From NCBI RefSeq assembly GCF_000018305.1, contig NC_009954.1, positions 270,001-302,000 on the forward strand: 32,000 nt of DNA. Direction: 5' to 3'. This document shows positions 16,892 to 25,323 of this stretch, piece after piece. The translations under genes were made by a program, and so were the position numbers. Positions within the stretch are counted from its first letter, which is position 1. The number at the start of each line of letters is the position of its first letter. A model generated the notes under the pieces. That model was not told where the DNA came from. It ran no database searches and saw only the letters and a program-made list of their open reading frames with translations. Source of the stretch: Caldivirga maquilingensis IC-167 (GTDB lineage: Archaea > Thermoproteota > Thermoprotei > Thermoproteales > Thermocladiaceae).

Positions 16892-18175
16892 GTGTTATTG
16901 CTTAGGAACTGCAGATACGTGATTACGCCCACGGAGGATGGTGGTGTTAAGGTTATGGAGAATGCAAGCGTATTGATTAATAATGGTGTAATAGAGGGGG
17001 TTGGTGATGTTAAAGCCAGTGGGGTTGATGTTATTGAATGCGAAGGTGTAGCAATACCAGGTCTCTTCAATGCTCATACTCACTTAGCCATGACGATGTT
17101 TAGGGGGCTTGTTGATGGCTTGGAGCTTCAGGATTGGTTAAAGGTTATCTGGGGCATGGAGAGGAGGCTTACAGAGGAGGCTGTGCTTATGGGGTTTGAA
17201 CTCGGCTTAATCGAATCATTAATGAGCGGTGTAACCGGTGTGCTTGACATGTACTTTAACCCAAACGTAATTAATCTAGTGGAGAAGTATGGAGTGAGGG
17301 TTTTCGAGGGACCGACATTCATTGATGAATTCGAGAATCCCAGGCTCACTGAGAATAGGTTAAGGAACCTTATAGCTGAATCACAGGGCCATAGCCTAAT
17401 CAAGCCTGTATTGAATCTTCACAGCGTATACGCTAATAGTGAGGATACTTTAACGAGGGTTAGTGAACTTAAGGAGGAGCTTGGCTTAAGGCTACACACG
17501 CATGTTAGTGAAACCAGGTGGGAGGTTTACAGGATTAGGGATAGGTACGGTGCCTACCCTGTGGAGGTCCTGGATAAGTTTAAGCTACTCGACTCAAAGT
17601 CAATACTAGTCCACTTAGGTTGGGTAACCAACTGGGAGATTGAGTTAATACTTAGGTCACAGGCAACCGCGGTTCACTGCCCATCATCAAACATGAAACT
17701 GGCCACAGCTGGATTCTTCCCAATAAGGGAATTAATGAAGGGTAGCAACGTCACCCTTGGCACTGATGGGCCAGGTACAGGGGATTCCCTGGACCTATTT
17801 AAGGAGATGAGACTTGCAGTACTACTGCAGAGGAATAATTACTGGGATGCCTCAGCATTAACAGCTGAGGATGCCTTAATCATGGCCACTAGAAACGGCT
17901 ATAGGGCGGTTGGGTTAAAGGGAGGCCTAATAGAGCCAGGTTACCTAGCGGACATAGTAATCCTCAACCACGAAGACCCCAAGGTCAATCCACTGAATAA
18001 ACACAACATAATTAAAAACATAGTCTACTCATACACAGGGAGTATGGTTAAGATGAGTATCATTAACGGTAAGCCAGTATACGGACCACACAACAGGATT
18101 AAACTCATTAAAAGAACCAAGGAACTAAGCCAAAAACTATCGAATTACATAGAGAAATTACTAAACAACCACTAA
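16892..18175 (+). CDS. mtaD: Amidohydrolase, 5'-methylthioadenosine/S-adenosylhomocysteine deaminase-like
   Basis: 427-aa ORF with a GTG start. 'PGLFNAHTHLAMTMFRG', 'HTHVSET', 'AVHCPSSNMKLA' and 'LGTDG' form the MtaD/chlorohydrolase subgroup pattern. Confidence 0.8.
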   Translation: MLLLRNCRYVITPTEDGGVKVMENASVLINNGVIEGVGDVKASGVDVIECEGVAIPGLFNAHTHLAMTMFRGLVDGLELQDWLKVIWGMERRLTEEAVLMGFELGLIESLMSGVTGVLDMYFNPNVINLVEKYGVRVFEGPTFIDEFENPRLTENRLRNLIAESQGHSLIKPVLNLHSVYANSEDTLTRVSELKEELGLRLHTHVSETRWEVYRIRDRYGAYPVEVLDKFKLLDSKSILVHLGWVTNWEIELILRSQATAVHCPSSNMKLATAGFFPIRELMKGSNVTLGTDGPGTGDSLDLFKEMRLAVLLQRNNYWDASALTAEDALIMATRNGYRAVGLKGGLIEPGYLADIVILNHEDPKVNPLNKHNIIKNIVYSYTGSMVKMSIINGKPVYGPHNRIKLIKRTKELSQKLSNYIEKLLNNH

Positions 18176-18200
18176 CACCTACGCGAAAACACATCCCTTT

Positions 18201-18427
18201 ACTTCCAATCCCTCTTGGGATTTTCACCTGGCATATGTAATAGCAGGAGTAGGGGTCGTGGCTATCATCTTTCTAATCCCTTTGGGGATTTTCGGTTGCA
18301 GCCACACTCCACATGTTGATAAAGACGTATAAGGAACTTTCTAATCCCTTTTGGGATTTTCAAGGAAAGTAATGTCACAATAATTTATGTAATTATTGTT
18401 AACTTTCTAATCCCTTTGGGGATTTTC
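18201..18427 (-). CRISPR. Orphan CRISPR mini-array: 4 repeats of 25 nt (one degenerate), 3 spacers
   Basis: Repeats on the + strand are: 18201-18225 ACTTCCAATCCCTCTTGGGATTTTC (4 mismatches), 18269-18293 CTTTCTAATCCCTTTGGGGATTTTC, 18337-18361 CTTTCTAATCCCTTTTGGGATTTTC, and 18403-18427 (identical to the second). The unrelated spacers are 43, 43 and 41 nt. The minus-strand reading GAAAATCCCAAAAGGGATTAGAAAG ends like the archaeal ATTGAAAG handle. The degenerate repeat is distal to the AT-rich leader side. Confidence 0.8.
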
Positions 18428-18640
18428 TGAGTTATTGGCTTTTTTAGGGTTTTTAAGTTTTACTCCATGGCTTGTTTTATTCACCATCAGCACAACCATT
18501 CCGCTATTCCTCACCCCCACATCCCTGTGCCGATGATAAACCATAACCACCCAATGGTTGTGCTAATTGAAAGAAATGAAGAATGAAAATGAAACTGTGC
18601 TGATGGTAATATATAGAATATATATTCAATAGCAAGGAGA
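18428..18640 (-). promoter_or_regulatory. Putative CRISPR leader with TATA-like A/T tracts next to the first repeat
   Basis: This ORF-free AT-rich DNA directly abuts the intact terminal repeat. On the minus strand, CTTAAAAACCCTAAAAAAGCC (18438-18457) sits about 10-30 nt upstream of the repeat at 18427. Confidence 0.45.
18483..18607. repeat. 18-bp inverted repeat whose right arm is interrupted by a 37-nt insertion with a 6-bp duplication (hairpin or MITE-like relic)
   Basis: The left arm is ACCATCAGCACAACCATT (18483-18500). The right arm is split into AATGGTTGTGCT (18553-18564) and TGTGCTGATGGT (18596-18607), with TGTGCT at both junctions of a 31-nt purine-rich AATGAA-repeat insert. Confidence 0.5.
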
Positions 18641-18649
18641 TAATCAACG

Positions 18650-19080
18650 AAACAGTGAGTGCCTTATTAGCATATGGTTATTCAGTATGTTTAATGGTCT
18701 AAAGACTATCTTGGTGATGTAGATGTATGAGTGAGAGTTGCAGGTTAATTATTATGATGTTGCATGGTTGGGGTTATTGATATATTGTAATTATGCTTCA
18801 GTAATTTTAGTGTGGCATTGTTCTTTATCCTGATTTATTCAACAGGAGATTTAGGTAGTGTTAATTATAGCCTTATTAGTTTTAACAGCATCTACTGGGT
18901 AAAGCAGTGCTCTATTGCATTTTGACCTATGTACTATTGGTAATGTCTTAAGGTGGCTTCATGGTTAGTGGGGGTTATTGAACTTGGTTTTAGTAATATG
19001 TTTAATAGATTGTTAATTGTGATTTTACATATAGGTATGTTGGTTCAGGTTTTGAACAAGATAAGTCTTTATATACTCTA
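18650..19080 (+). pseudogene. Possible decayed membrane-protein gene (permease-like fragments in shifting frames)
   Basis: The + strand is G/T-rich and C-poor, like coding strands elsewhere. Hand translation gives short hydrophobic fragments in different frames (LQVNYYDVAWLGLLIYCNYASVILVW*, VLIIALLVLTASTG*, WLVGVIELGFSNMFNRLLIVILHIGMLVQVL...*). The last fragment ends 14 nt before the ABC ATPase fragment. Confidence 0.3.
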
Positions 19081-19093
19081 GATTTCACTTTTC

Positions 19094-19396
19094 TTGATGC
19101 TGGAGTTAAGGGATGCTGCTGTGAAGGTAAGTAAGGAGGTTTTTGGTGTGGTTAATGCAACCATGAGTATTAATGATGGCATAGCCGTGGTTTTAGGTCC
19201 TAATGGTAGTGGTAAGACTACATTGCTTAGGGCTATTAGCGGTATCATACCCTATGAGGGTAGTATTAAGGTTGATGGTATCGAGGTTAGGGATGCAGTG
19301 GGTCTTTCGCAGTTATCCAGTAACCTACCTGAAATATACAGGGTAGCCTATGACGTCTCCGGTGTCTTAAGGAGCCTCAACATACCTAAGACTTGA
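19094..19396 (+). pseudogene. Truncated ABC-transporter ATP-binding protein (N-terminal about 100 aa only)
   Basis: It has the Walker A 'VLGPNGSGKTTLLRAISG' in typical ABC N-terminal context. The ORF stops at 100 aa, before the Q-loop, the LSGGQ signature and Walker B. ATG at 19097 is the likely original start. Confidence 0.6.
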
Positions 19397-19852
19397 ACAC
19401 ATTAAGGTGTGAGGGGTTGATTGAAATTAGGAGAACCTAACAGTAATGGGTGTTAGAACAGTGGTTATGATAATGGAGCAGGGTAAGTTAATGGTTAAGA
19501 AATACATGGAGATAATGAGGAGGTTATTGAATAATGAATAACCATGATGCAGATCCCTAAAATAATAATTATGACTTAAAGTTACTAAGCAGGCTTAAGG
19601 GTATTAATGTTAATGCCTCAGTGATGGGTATGGTGGTTAAGGGTAGTGGGATGGGGAGCACTCATTAAGGGATCAATGCTTATTAATTATAGTGCGTCAT
19701 GATGAATGGGTATTCATTAATTTAATCATTAATCATGGGGTTAGGAGATGATTAATATTGCCAGTGTGATTAAGCGGGTGGTTTTTAACTATAATCACAA
19801 TGCACATGGCTTAGTCGTTTACCCAGTGGGCAATGCTTAAATCCCTTATTCA

Positions 19853-20617
19853 GTGGGCTTAGTGAGGACAGTGAGGGTTTTGATTTACTGGCCCTTTACT
19901 AGGACTAGGGGCATAATGTATGTTCTACTATCCGCTATAACGATACCCGTTTACATGTTTAACCTAGCTACGGCATTATCATTAATAGGGCTTCAGCAAC
20001 CATACCCCATGGTAATTGGCCTATTGATTACGGTTGTTAGTTTAGCGATGAGCGCAATACATGTTGTTGTTTATGAAACCAAGACCACGGTGTATGTACC
20101 ATCATTCACGTACCTGACATTCTTCGGGATGACCTTTAAGATACCCACTATCTCAACGCAATCAAGGAGGACAATGATATCCTTAAACGTTGGTGGGGCA
20201 TTAATACCGGTGGCTGTTTCCATGGCTTTAGCCTACATGCTGTATGTAAATTACCCAAGATTAATCATCCCCATGGTTGCGTCAGTAGCATTGACTGCAG
20301 TAATGGTTAATAGGGTGTCCAGGGTTGTACCAGCCATAGGCATAGTGACGCCGGCCATTGTACCACCCATACTGGCTGCCTTCATATCATACATGACGGT
20401 TGCCTTCACTGCTAACCCCTACATATTCGTAACACCGGTGGTAGCCTACATAACTGGTGTCTTAGGTACATTAATAGGCGCTGACTTACTTAACCTACGT
20501 AAAGTCATAGGTATAGCCCCAGTGATTGCTGATATTGGTGGTGCAGGAACCTTTGATGGAATATTCTTCACAGGGATTCTTGCAGTATTCTACGCATCCC
20601 TAGTATCAACGCTTTAA
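19853..20617 (+). CDS. Polytopic integral membrane protein, family not recognised
   Basis: 254-aa ORF that is hydrophobic throughout (at least 6 likely TM segments; 'LNVGGALIPVAV', 'GIVTPAIVPPILAAF'). The ORF-track start is GTG at 19853; the first ATG is at 19916. Confidence 0.6.
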   Translation: MGLVRTVRVLIYWPFTRTRGIMYVLLSAITIPVYMFNLATALSLIGLQQPYPMVIGLLITVVSLAMSAIHVVVYETKTTVYVPSFTYLTFFGMTFKIPTISTQSRRTMISLNVGGALIPVAVSMALAYMLYVNYPRLIIPMVASVALTAVMVNRVSRVVPAIGIVTPAIVPPILAAFISYMTVAFTANPYIFVTPVVAYITGVLGTLIGADLLNLRKVIGIAPVIADIGGAGTFDGIFFTGILAVFYASLVSTL

Positions 20618-20641
20618 AGCTGGGTTAAGTTGGATTAATGC

Positions 20642-21787
20642 ATGGTTCAGCGTAGGGTTAGGGTGGATAAGCTATATACCCCAATGCACGTACTCCATGA
20701 TGCGGTTCTCGTAGTGGAAAACGGTAAGGTAGTGGGCTTGGAGGAGGGGGGTTCCTTTGATGTTGATTACAGGGGTTACTCAGCCGCACCAGGGCTTGTG
20801 GATACTCACACTCATGGCTGCGGTGGAATTGAGGTAACCTTAATTAAGGCAACTAATGAATTAGGTAAGTTAGCAGAGTGCTACGCTAAATTCGGCGTAA
20901 CCTCATTCCTCCCCACCACTGTTTCCGCGTCCCATGAAACCTTAATGAGGGTGGCTGGAGTTATTAGGCAGTATAAGGGTGATGGGGTTAAGGGGGCTAG
21001 GGTCCTCGGCCTTAACCTAGAGGGCCCTTACATAAACCCTAAGAGAAAGGGGGCTCAGAATCCATCAGTGATAAGGTTACCTAATGTACATGAGTTTAAC
21101 CAGTACTATGAGGAGTCAGGGGGCTTAATAAGAGTAATGACCATCGCCCCCGAGGTTGAGGGTGCGTTAAGCCTTATTCAACACTTATCCAGTATTGGGG
21201 TAATACCCAGCATAGGCCACACTGACGCCGACTACGGCACAGTAATGAAGGCCATAACCCTAGGCGCCTCCAGGGCAACGCACTTGTTTGATGCAATGAC
21301 GGGTATTCATCATAGGGAATTGGGGGCCGCCATGGCTTTACTGGATTCTGAGGATGTTTACATTGAGTTGATAACTGACTTAATTCACCTGAAGCCTGAA
21401 ACAATATTATTCGCATTAAAGTACGCTGGCTTACATAGGGTATTAGCGGTAACAGACTCAATATCAGCCGCAGGCCTTGGTGAGGGGGAGTATGAGTTAG
21501 GGGGTTTAAGGGTTATTGTGAAGGGTGGTAGGGCAACCCTACCTGATGGTACATTAGCTGGAAGCGTATTAACCATGGATAACGCCCTAAAGAACCTAGT
21601 GAAGATTGGGTTAAGGCTTAGTGATGCATTAAGGCTTACTTCAACTAATCCAGCTCAATCAATTGGTGAAAGTAACATCGGGTGCCTTAAGCCAGGTTGC
21701 TTAGCCGACTTCATAATACTTGATGATGACTTAAGGGTAATGGCCACGTACGTTAATGGCTCTATTGTTTACGCTAGTGAAATATGA
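20642..21787 (+). CDS. nagA: N-acetylglucosamine-6-phosphate deacetylase
   Basis: 381-aa ORF. 'PGLVDTHTHGCGG', 'NLEGPYINPKRKGAQ', 'SIGHTDA' and 'ATHLFDAM' form the NagA amidohydrolase motif series. Confidence 0.85.
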   Translation: MVQRRVRVDKLYTPMHVLHDAVLVVENGKVVGLEEGGSFDVDYRGYSAAPGLVDTHTHGCGGIEVTLIKATNELGKLAECYAKFGVTSFLPTTVSASHETLMRVAGVIRQYKGDGVKGARVLGLNLEGPYINPKRKGAQNPSVIRLPNVHEFNQYYEESGGLIRVMTIAPEVEGALSLIQHLSSIGVIPSIGHTDADYGTVMKAITLGASRATHLFDAMTGIHHRELGAAMALLDSEDVYIELITDLIHLKPETILFALKYAGLHRVLAVTDSISAAGLGEGEYELGGLRVIVKGGRATLPDGTLAGSVLTMDNALKNLVKIGLRLSDALRLTSTNPAQSIGESNIGCLKPGCLADFIILDDDLRVMATYVNGSIVYASEI

Positions 21788-21877
21788 TGATTTGAATAAT
21801 AATTAATTATGTTACATTTGTAAATAGTCAATCAATTTGAGAAATATTTATAAGCATAATGTGAAAGACCTATTTTT

Positions 21878-23878
21878 ATGTCAATTAGTGAAGAGAATCT
21901 GCCTTATAAGGAGAAGATTGAATTAAAGTCCTGGCCAAACTCCACGGATATAGATTCCTACAGGAAAATGCACGGTAAAAGCCTTGAGAATATTGAGGAA
22001 CACTGGGCTAACGTTGCTAAGGAATTGGATTGGTTTAAGCCCTGGGATAAGGTTCTTGTGGCTGATCCTCAACCACCATTCTACAAGTGGTTTGTTGGAG
22101 GTAAGTTAAACGCATCATACCTAGCCGTTGATAGGCATGCCAACACTTGGCGTAGGAATAAGTTAGCGATAATATGGGAGGGGGAGCCAACTGACTCATC
22201 AGGTAACCCACTGGAGGTTAGGAAGTTAACTTACTATGATTTATACAGGGAGGTTAATAGATTGGCTTACGCAATTAGGAGTAAGCTCGGCTTAAGGAAG
22301 GGGGATACGGTGACGATATACTTACCCATGATACCTGAATTACCAATACTAATGCTTGCATTAGCCAGATTAGGGGTTATTTTCTCAGTGGTCTTCTCAG
22401 GGTTCAGCGCCCAGGCATTGGCGGATAGGGTAATGGATGCTAAATCTAAGGTAATATTCACCGCCGACGCCTTCTGGAGGAGGGGGAAGGTGGTTAGGCT
22501 TAAGGAGGTTGTTGATGAGGCATTAAAGGGTATTCAATTCGTTGAGAAGGTAGTGGTGTTTAGGAGAATGGGTCTTAAGGATACACCAATGGTTAATGGT
22601 AGGGATATTTGGTGGGATGAATTACTAAGCGATGTACCCATGAATACCTACGTTAAGCCCGAGGAGATTGAGAGCGAGCACCCACTCTACATCCTATACA
22701 CCTCCGGCACCACTGGTAAGCCTAAGGGTATTGTGCATGATACTGGAGGCTACATGACACTCCTCCATGCCACAATGAAGTGGGTCTTCGACATTAAGGA
22801 CACTGACGTATACTGGTGCACTGCCGACATTGGTTGGGTAACTGGGCATAGTTACATTGTCTTTGGACCATTAATGGAGGGTGTAACCGAGGTAATGTAT
22901 GAGGGCGCCCCAGACTACCCAACCCCAGATAGGTGGTGGAGGATTGTGGAGAGGTATGGTGTAACCATACTGTACACCTCACCCACGGCGATAAGGACAT
23001 TCATGAGGTATGGTGATGATTGGGTTAAGGGCCATGACTTCTCAACAATAAGAATACTTCACAGTGTGGGTGAACCAATAAACCCTGAAGCCTGGAAGTG
23101 GGCTTGGAAGTGGCTTGGGAGGGGTAGTGTACCCTTTGGTTCAACATGGTGGATGACTGAAACAGGGGGCATACTAATAAGCCACGCACCTGGATTAGCC
23201 TTAATACCTCTTAAGCCTGGGACTAATGGATTACCGTTACCTGGCATTGACGCCGATGTGGTTGATGATGAGGGGAAGCCTGTTCAGGGTAAGAGGGGTT
23301 ACTTGGTTATTAAGAAGCCGTGGCCTGGAATGTTGATGACTATTTGGGGTGATCCTAATAGGTATATTCAGGTGTATTGGAGTAGGTTCCCAGGCATGTA
23401 CTATGCCGGTGACTGGGCTATTAAGGATGAGGATGGTTACATATGGGTTTTAGGTAGGGCCGATGAAGTCATTAAGGTATCCGGCCATAGGCTTGGTACA
23501 TATGAAATAGAGTCAGCCCTAGTTTCCCATAAGGCCGTAGCCGAGTCAGCGGTGGTCGGTGTCCCTGACCCTGTTAGAGGCGAAGTCCCAGTGGCCTTCG
23601 TTGTACTTAAGAGTGGGGTTAACCCAAGCCAGGAATTGGTTAAGGAGTTGAGGAATTGGGTTAGGACTGCAATAGGCCCAATAGCTGAACCAGCAAACAT
23701 AGTCTTCGTCTCAAAGCTACCTAAGACTAGGAGTGGGAAGATAATGAGGAGGCTGCTTAAGCAAGTACTCATGAAGCAGCCCCTCGGTGATACAACCACC
23801 CTGGAGGATGAGACGAGTATTGATGAGGCTAAGAAGGCTTATGAGGAATTAGCCAGGGAGCTTAACCAACAGGGGTAA
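21878..23878 (+). CDS. acs: Acetyl-CoA synthetase (AMP-forming)
   Basis: 666-aa ORF. 'YTSGTTGKPKG', 'WWMTETGG', 'SGHRLGTYEIESAL' and 'LPKTRSGKIMRR' are the canonical Acs motifs, and the length fits. Confidence 0.95.
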   Translation: MSISEENLPYKEKIELKSWPNSTDIDSYRKMHGKSLENIEEHWANVAKELDWFKPWDKVLVADPQPPFYKWFVGGKLNASYLAVDRHANTWRRNKLAIIWEGEPTDSSGNPLEVRKLTYYDLYREVNRLAYAIRSKLGLRKGDTVTIYLPMIPELPILMLALARLGVIFSVVFSGFSAQALADRVMDAKSKVIFTADAFWRRGKVVRLKEVVDEALKGIQFVEKVVVFRRMGLKDTPMVNGRDIWWDELLSDVPMNTYVKPEEIESEHPLYILYTSGTTGKPKGIVHDTGGYMTLLHATMKWVFDIKDTDVYWCTADIGWVTGHSYIVFGPLMEGVTEVMYEGAPDYPTPDRWWRIVERYGVTILYTSPTAIRTFMRYGDDWVKGHDFSTIRILHSVGEPINPEAWKWAWKWLGRGSVPFGSTWWMTETGGILISHAPGLALIPLKPGTNGLPLPGIDADVVDDEGKPVQGKRGYLVIKKPWPGMLMTIWGDPNRYIQVYWSRFPGMYYAGDWAIKDEDGYIWVLGRADEVIKVSGHRLGTYEIESALVSHKAVAESAVVGVPDPVRGEVPVAFVVLKSGVNPSQELVKELRNWVRTAIGPIAEPANIVFVSKLPKTRSGKIMRRLLKQVLMKQPLGDTTTLEDETSIDEAKKAYEELARELNQQG

Positions 23879-24584
23879 GGCATTTAACCAGCTCCCCGTT
23901 ACATGATAAAATTAATTCAATAACCTCCACCACGCCATCACCATCAACACCCTTAGTCACGTAATGCGCAATACTCTTAATCTCAGGTAATGCATTATCA
24001 ACAGCCACCGCTACATCAGCCATCTTAAGCATTGGTGCATCATTCTCCCCATCACCAATAGCCACCACTGCACTTGGCTTAATCAGCCTCCTAAGCATCC
24101 TAATTGCATAACCCTTATCAATGCCACTGGGCATTAACGCCAAGGTCCCCCTATTCGGCTCAACCTTAACATTATACTTAGCAGCAATACTTCGTACTAA
24201 TTCACTCTCAGACGTGAAGAGGCTTACCTCACCCTCACTATACTTAACACCATTCTCCATCAACTCCCTCTTAATACTAGCAACTATACTTAACCAATTG
24301 GTGGGTGCAGTATTAATCCTTAAACCACTGGGGGTGAGTATTACTAGTCCATTCTCAAGGGCGAAGTAGGCACCTCTAATTCTCCCAATTATGGATTCAA
24401 CATGCCGACGCGCCCCACTGGTTACAATGGCGAATTCATTACCAGCATTAATGAATTTATCAATAGCATTTACAACATGATCCTTAACAGTGAATTCATT
24501 AACCCAATCACCGGATACATTAGGCTGAGTCACCTTGCTCGCTAATGTGTAGTGGTAATCCACCGCGAGTAAAACATTATTCAT
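23862..24584 (-). CDS. HAD-superfamily (Cof/IIB-type) hydrolase with variant motif I (D-x-H instead of D-x-D)
   Basis: 240-aa ORF. Motif I is 'LLAVDYHYT', motif II 'IVTSGA', motif III 'GIDKG' and motif IV 'GDGENDAPML'. Its 3' end overlaps acs convergently by 17 nt. Confidence 0.75.
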   Translation of the reverse strand: MNNVLLAVDYHYTLASKVTQPNVSGDWVNEFTVKDHVVNAIDKFINAGNEFAIVTSGARRHVESIIGRIRGAYFALENGLVILTPSGLRINTAPTNWLSIVASIKRELMENGVKYSEGEVSLFTSESELVRSIAAKYNVKVEPNRGTLALMPSGIDKGYAIRMLRRLIKPSAVVAIGDGENDAPMLKMADVAVAVDNALPEIKSIAHYVTKGVDGDGVVEVIELILSCNGELVKCLTPVG

Positions 24585-24681
24585 TAATTAACCCCAGTTT
24601 AAGTATGCTTTTTAACCTTTGACACCATGATAATTACCCTCAACCTTATTAACCATGTATAACACCCACCATACTAACAGT

Positions 24682-24689
24682 TAAAAAGC
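24682..24689 (+). promoter_or_regulatory. TATA box of the tRNA-Arg gene
   Basis: TTAAAAAG lies 21-28 nt upstream of the tRNA 5' end. Confidence 0.5.
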
Positions 24690-24709
24690 CTGAAGCATCG
24701 GGTAATCAG

Positions 24710-24784
24710 GCCCCGTGGCCCAGCATGGATAGGGCGGCGGCCTGCGGAGCCGTAGGACCCGGGTTCAAGTCCCGGCGGGGCCGT
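24710..24784 (+). tRNA. tRNA-Arg (anticodon GCG), no intron, CCA not encoded
   Basis: Hand-folded cloverleaf: acceptor GGCCCCG/CGGGGCC, D arm GCCC-AGCAUGGAUA-GGGC, anticodon arm GCGGC-CUGCGGA-GCCGU (anticodon at 24745-24747), variable AGGAC, T arm CCGGG-UUCAAGU-CCCGG, discriminator G. Confidence 0.9.
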
Positions 24785-24933
24785 TGAATTCTCACAGTTA
24801 CTCCGCAACATCACCATGAAACCCACGTAGGTAAAAGACCAGGAAATAAGGCGCTGGACGCAGGTGTAATTTCGCTATGTGTAACTTAAGGGTTATGCTT
24901 CCCGCATATTATTAATAAACCCACTCCAGGTTA

Positions 24934-25323
24934 ATGCATGTGGGTGTTAGCGTAGTAGTCTTTGATACCAGTGCCCTACTCTTAGCTGTAACGGAGAGGG
25001 TTGATGTTATTAGTAATGTTAAGGAAACTGTTGAAGACTTAATAATACCTGTGGTGACTGTTAGTGTTATTAGGGAATTATGGCTACTGTCTAAGAGAGG
25101 GGGAAGGAGAGGGAGGGCAGCCTCACTGGTGCTTGATAATATAGTACCCCGTTACTTCTCAATGGCTGCATTAAACGGTAAGGCTGATGACGACGTATTG
25201 AGTTTAGCCAAGGAAACAGGTGGATTCCTGGTGACTTGTGATTCTGAGCTTAGAAGGAGGGCTGAGGGCAGTGGGGTTCCTGTAATATACTATAGGAGGG
25301 CTTTAAGGAGGTTCACTATTTAA
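24934..25323 (+). CDS. PIN-domain protein, Fcf1/Utp24-like
   Basis: 129-aa ORF. It has the N-terminal acidic 'VVFDTSALL' and the C-terminal 'GKADDDVLSLAKETGGFLVTCDSELRRRA...GVPVIY' arrangement typical of Fcf1-type PIN nucleases. Confidence 0.65.
   Translation: MHVGVSVVVFDTSALLLAVTERVDVISNVKETVEDLIIPVVTVSVIRELWLLSKRGGRRGRAASLVLDNIVPRYFSMAALNGKADDDVLSLAKETGGFLVTCDSELRRRAEGSGVPVIYYRRALRRFTI

Noticed and set aside
16885-17083. Two minus-strand ORFs (61 and 62 aa) overlapping the mtaD start
   Set aside because: They overlap each other and the well-supported mtaD N-terminus, and they have no motifs.
18428-19090. AT-rich ORF-free region considered as a replication origin
   Set aside because: There are no ORB-like dyads (CCAGTGGAAA-type), no adjacent orc1/cdc6 or whiP gene, and the strand composition and hydrophobic frame fragments fit a CRISPR leader plus a decayed gene better.
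19823-19858. Direct repeat CAGTGGGC x2 (19823-19830 and 19851-19858) as a regulatory or ORB-like element upstream of the membrane-protein gene
   Set aside because: It is only 8 bp, with no dyad symmetry, and the second copy overlaps the candidate GTG start. This is within chance expectation for a short motif.
24710-25323. Integrated element or toxin-antitoxin module at tRNA-Arg (PIN gene immediately downstream)
   Set aside because: There is no integrase and no direct repeat of the tRNA 3' half that I could find in the window. There is no small antitoxin ORF in the 150-bp gap upstream of the PIN gene. The PIN sequence looks Fcf1-like (housekeeping) rather than VapC-like.
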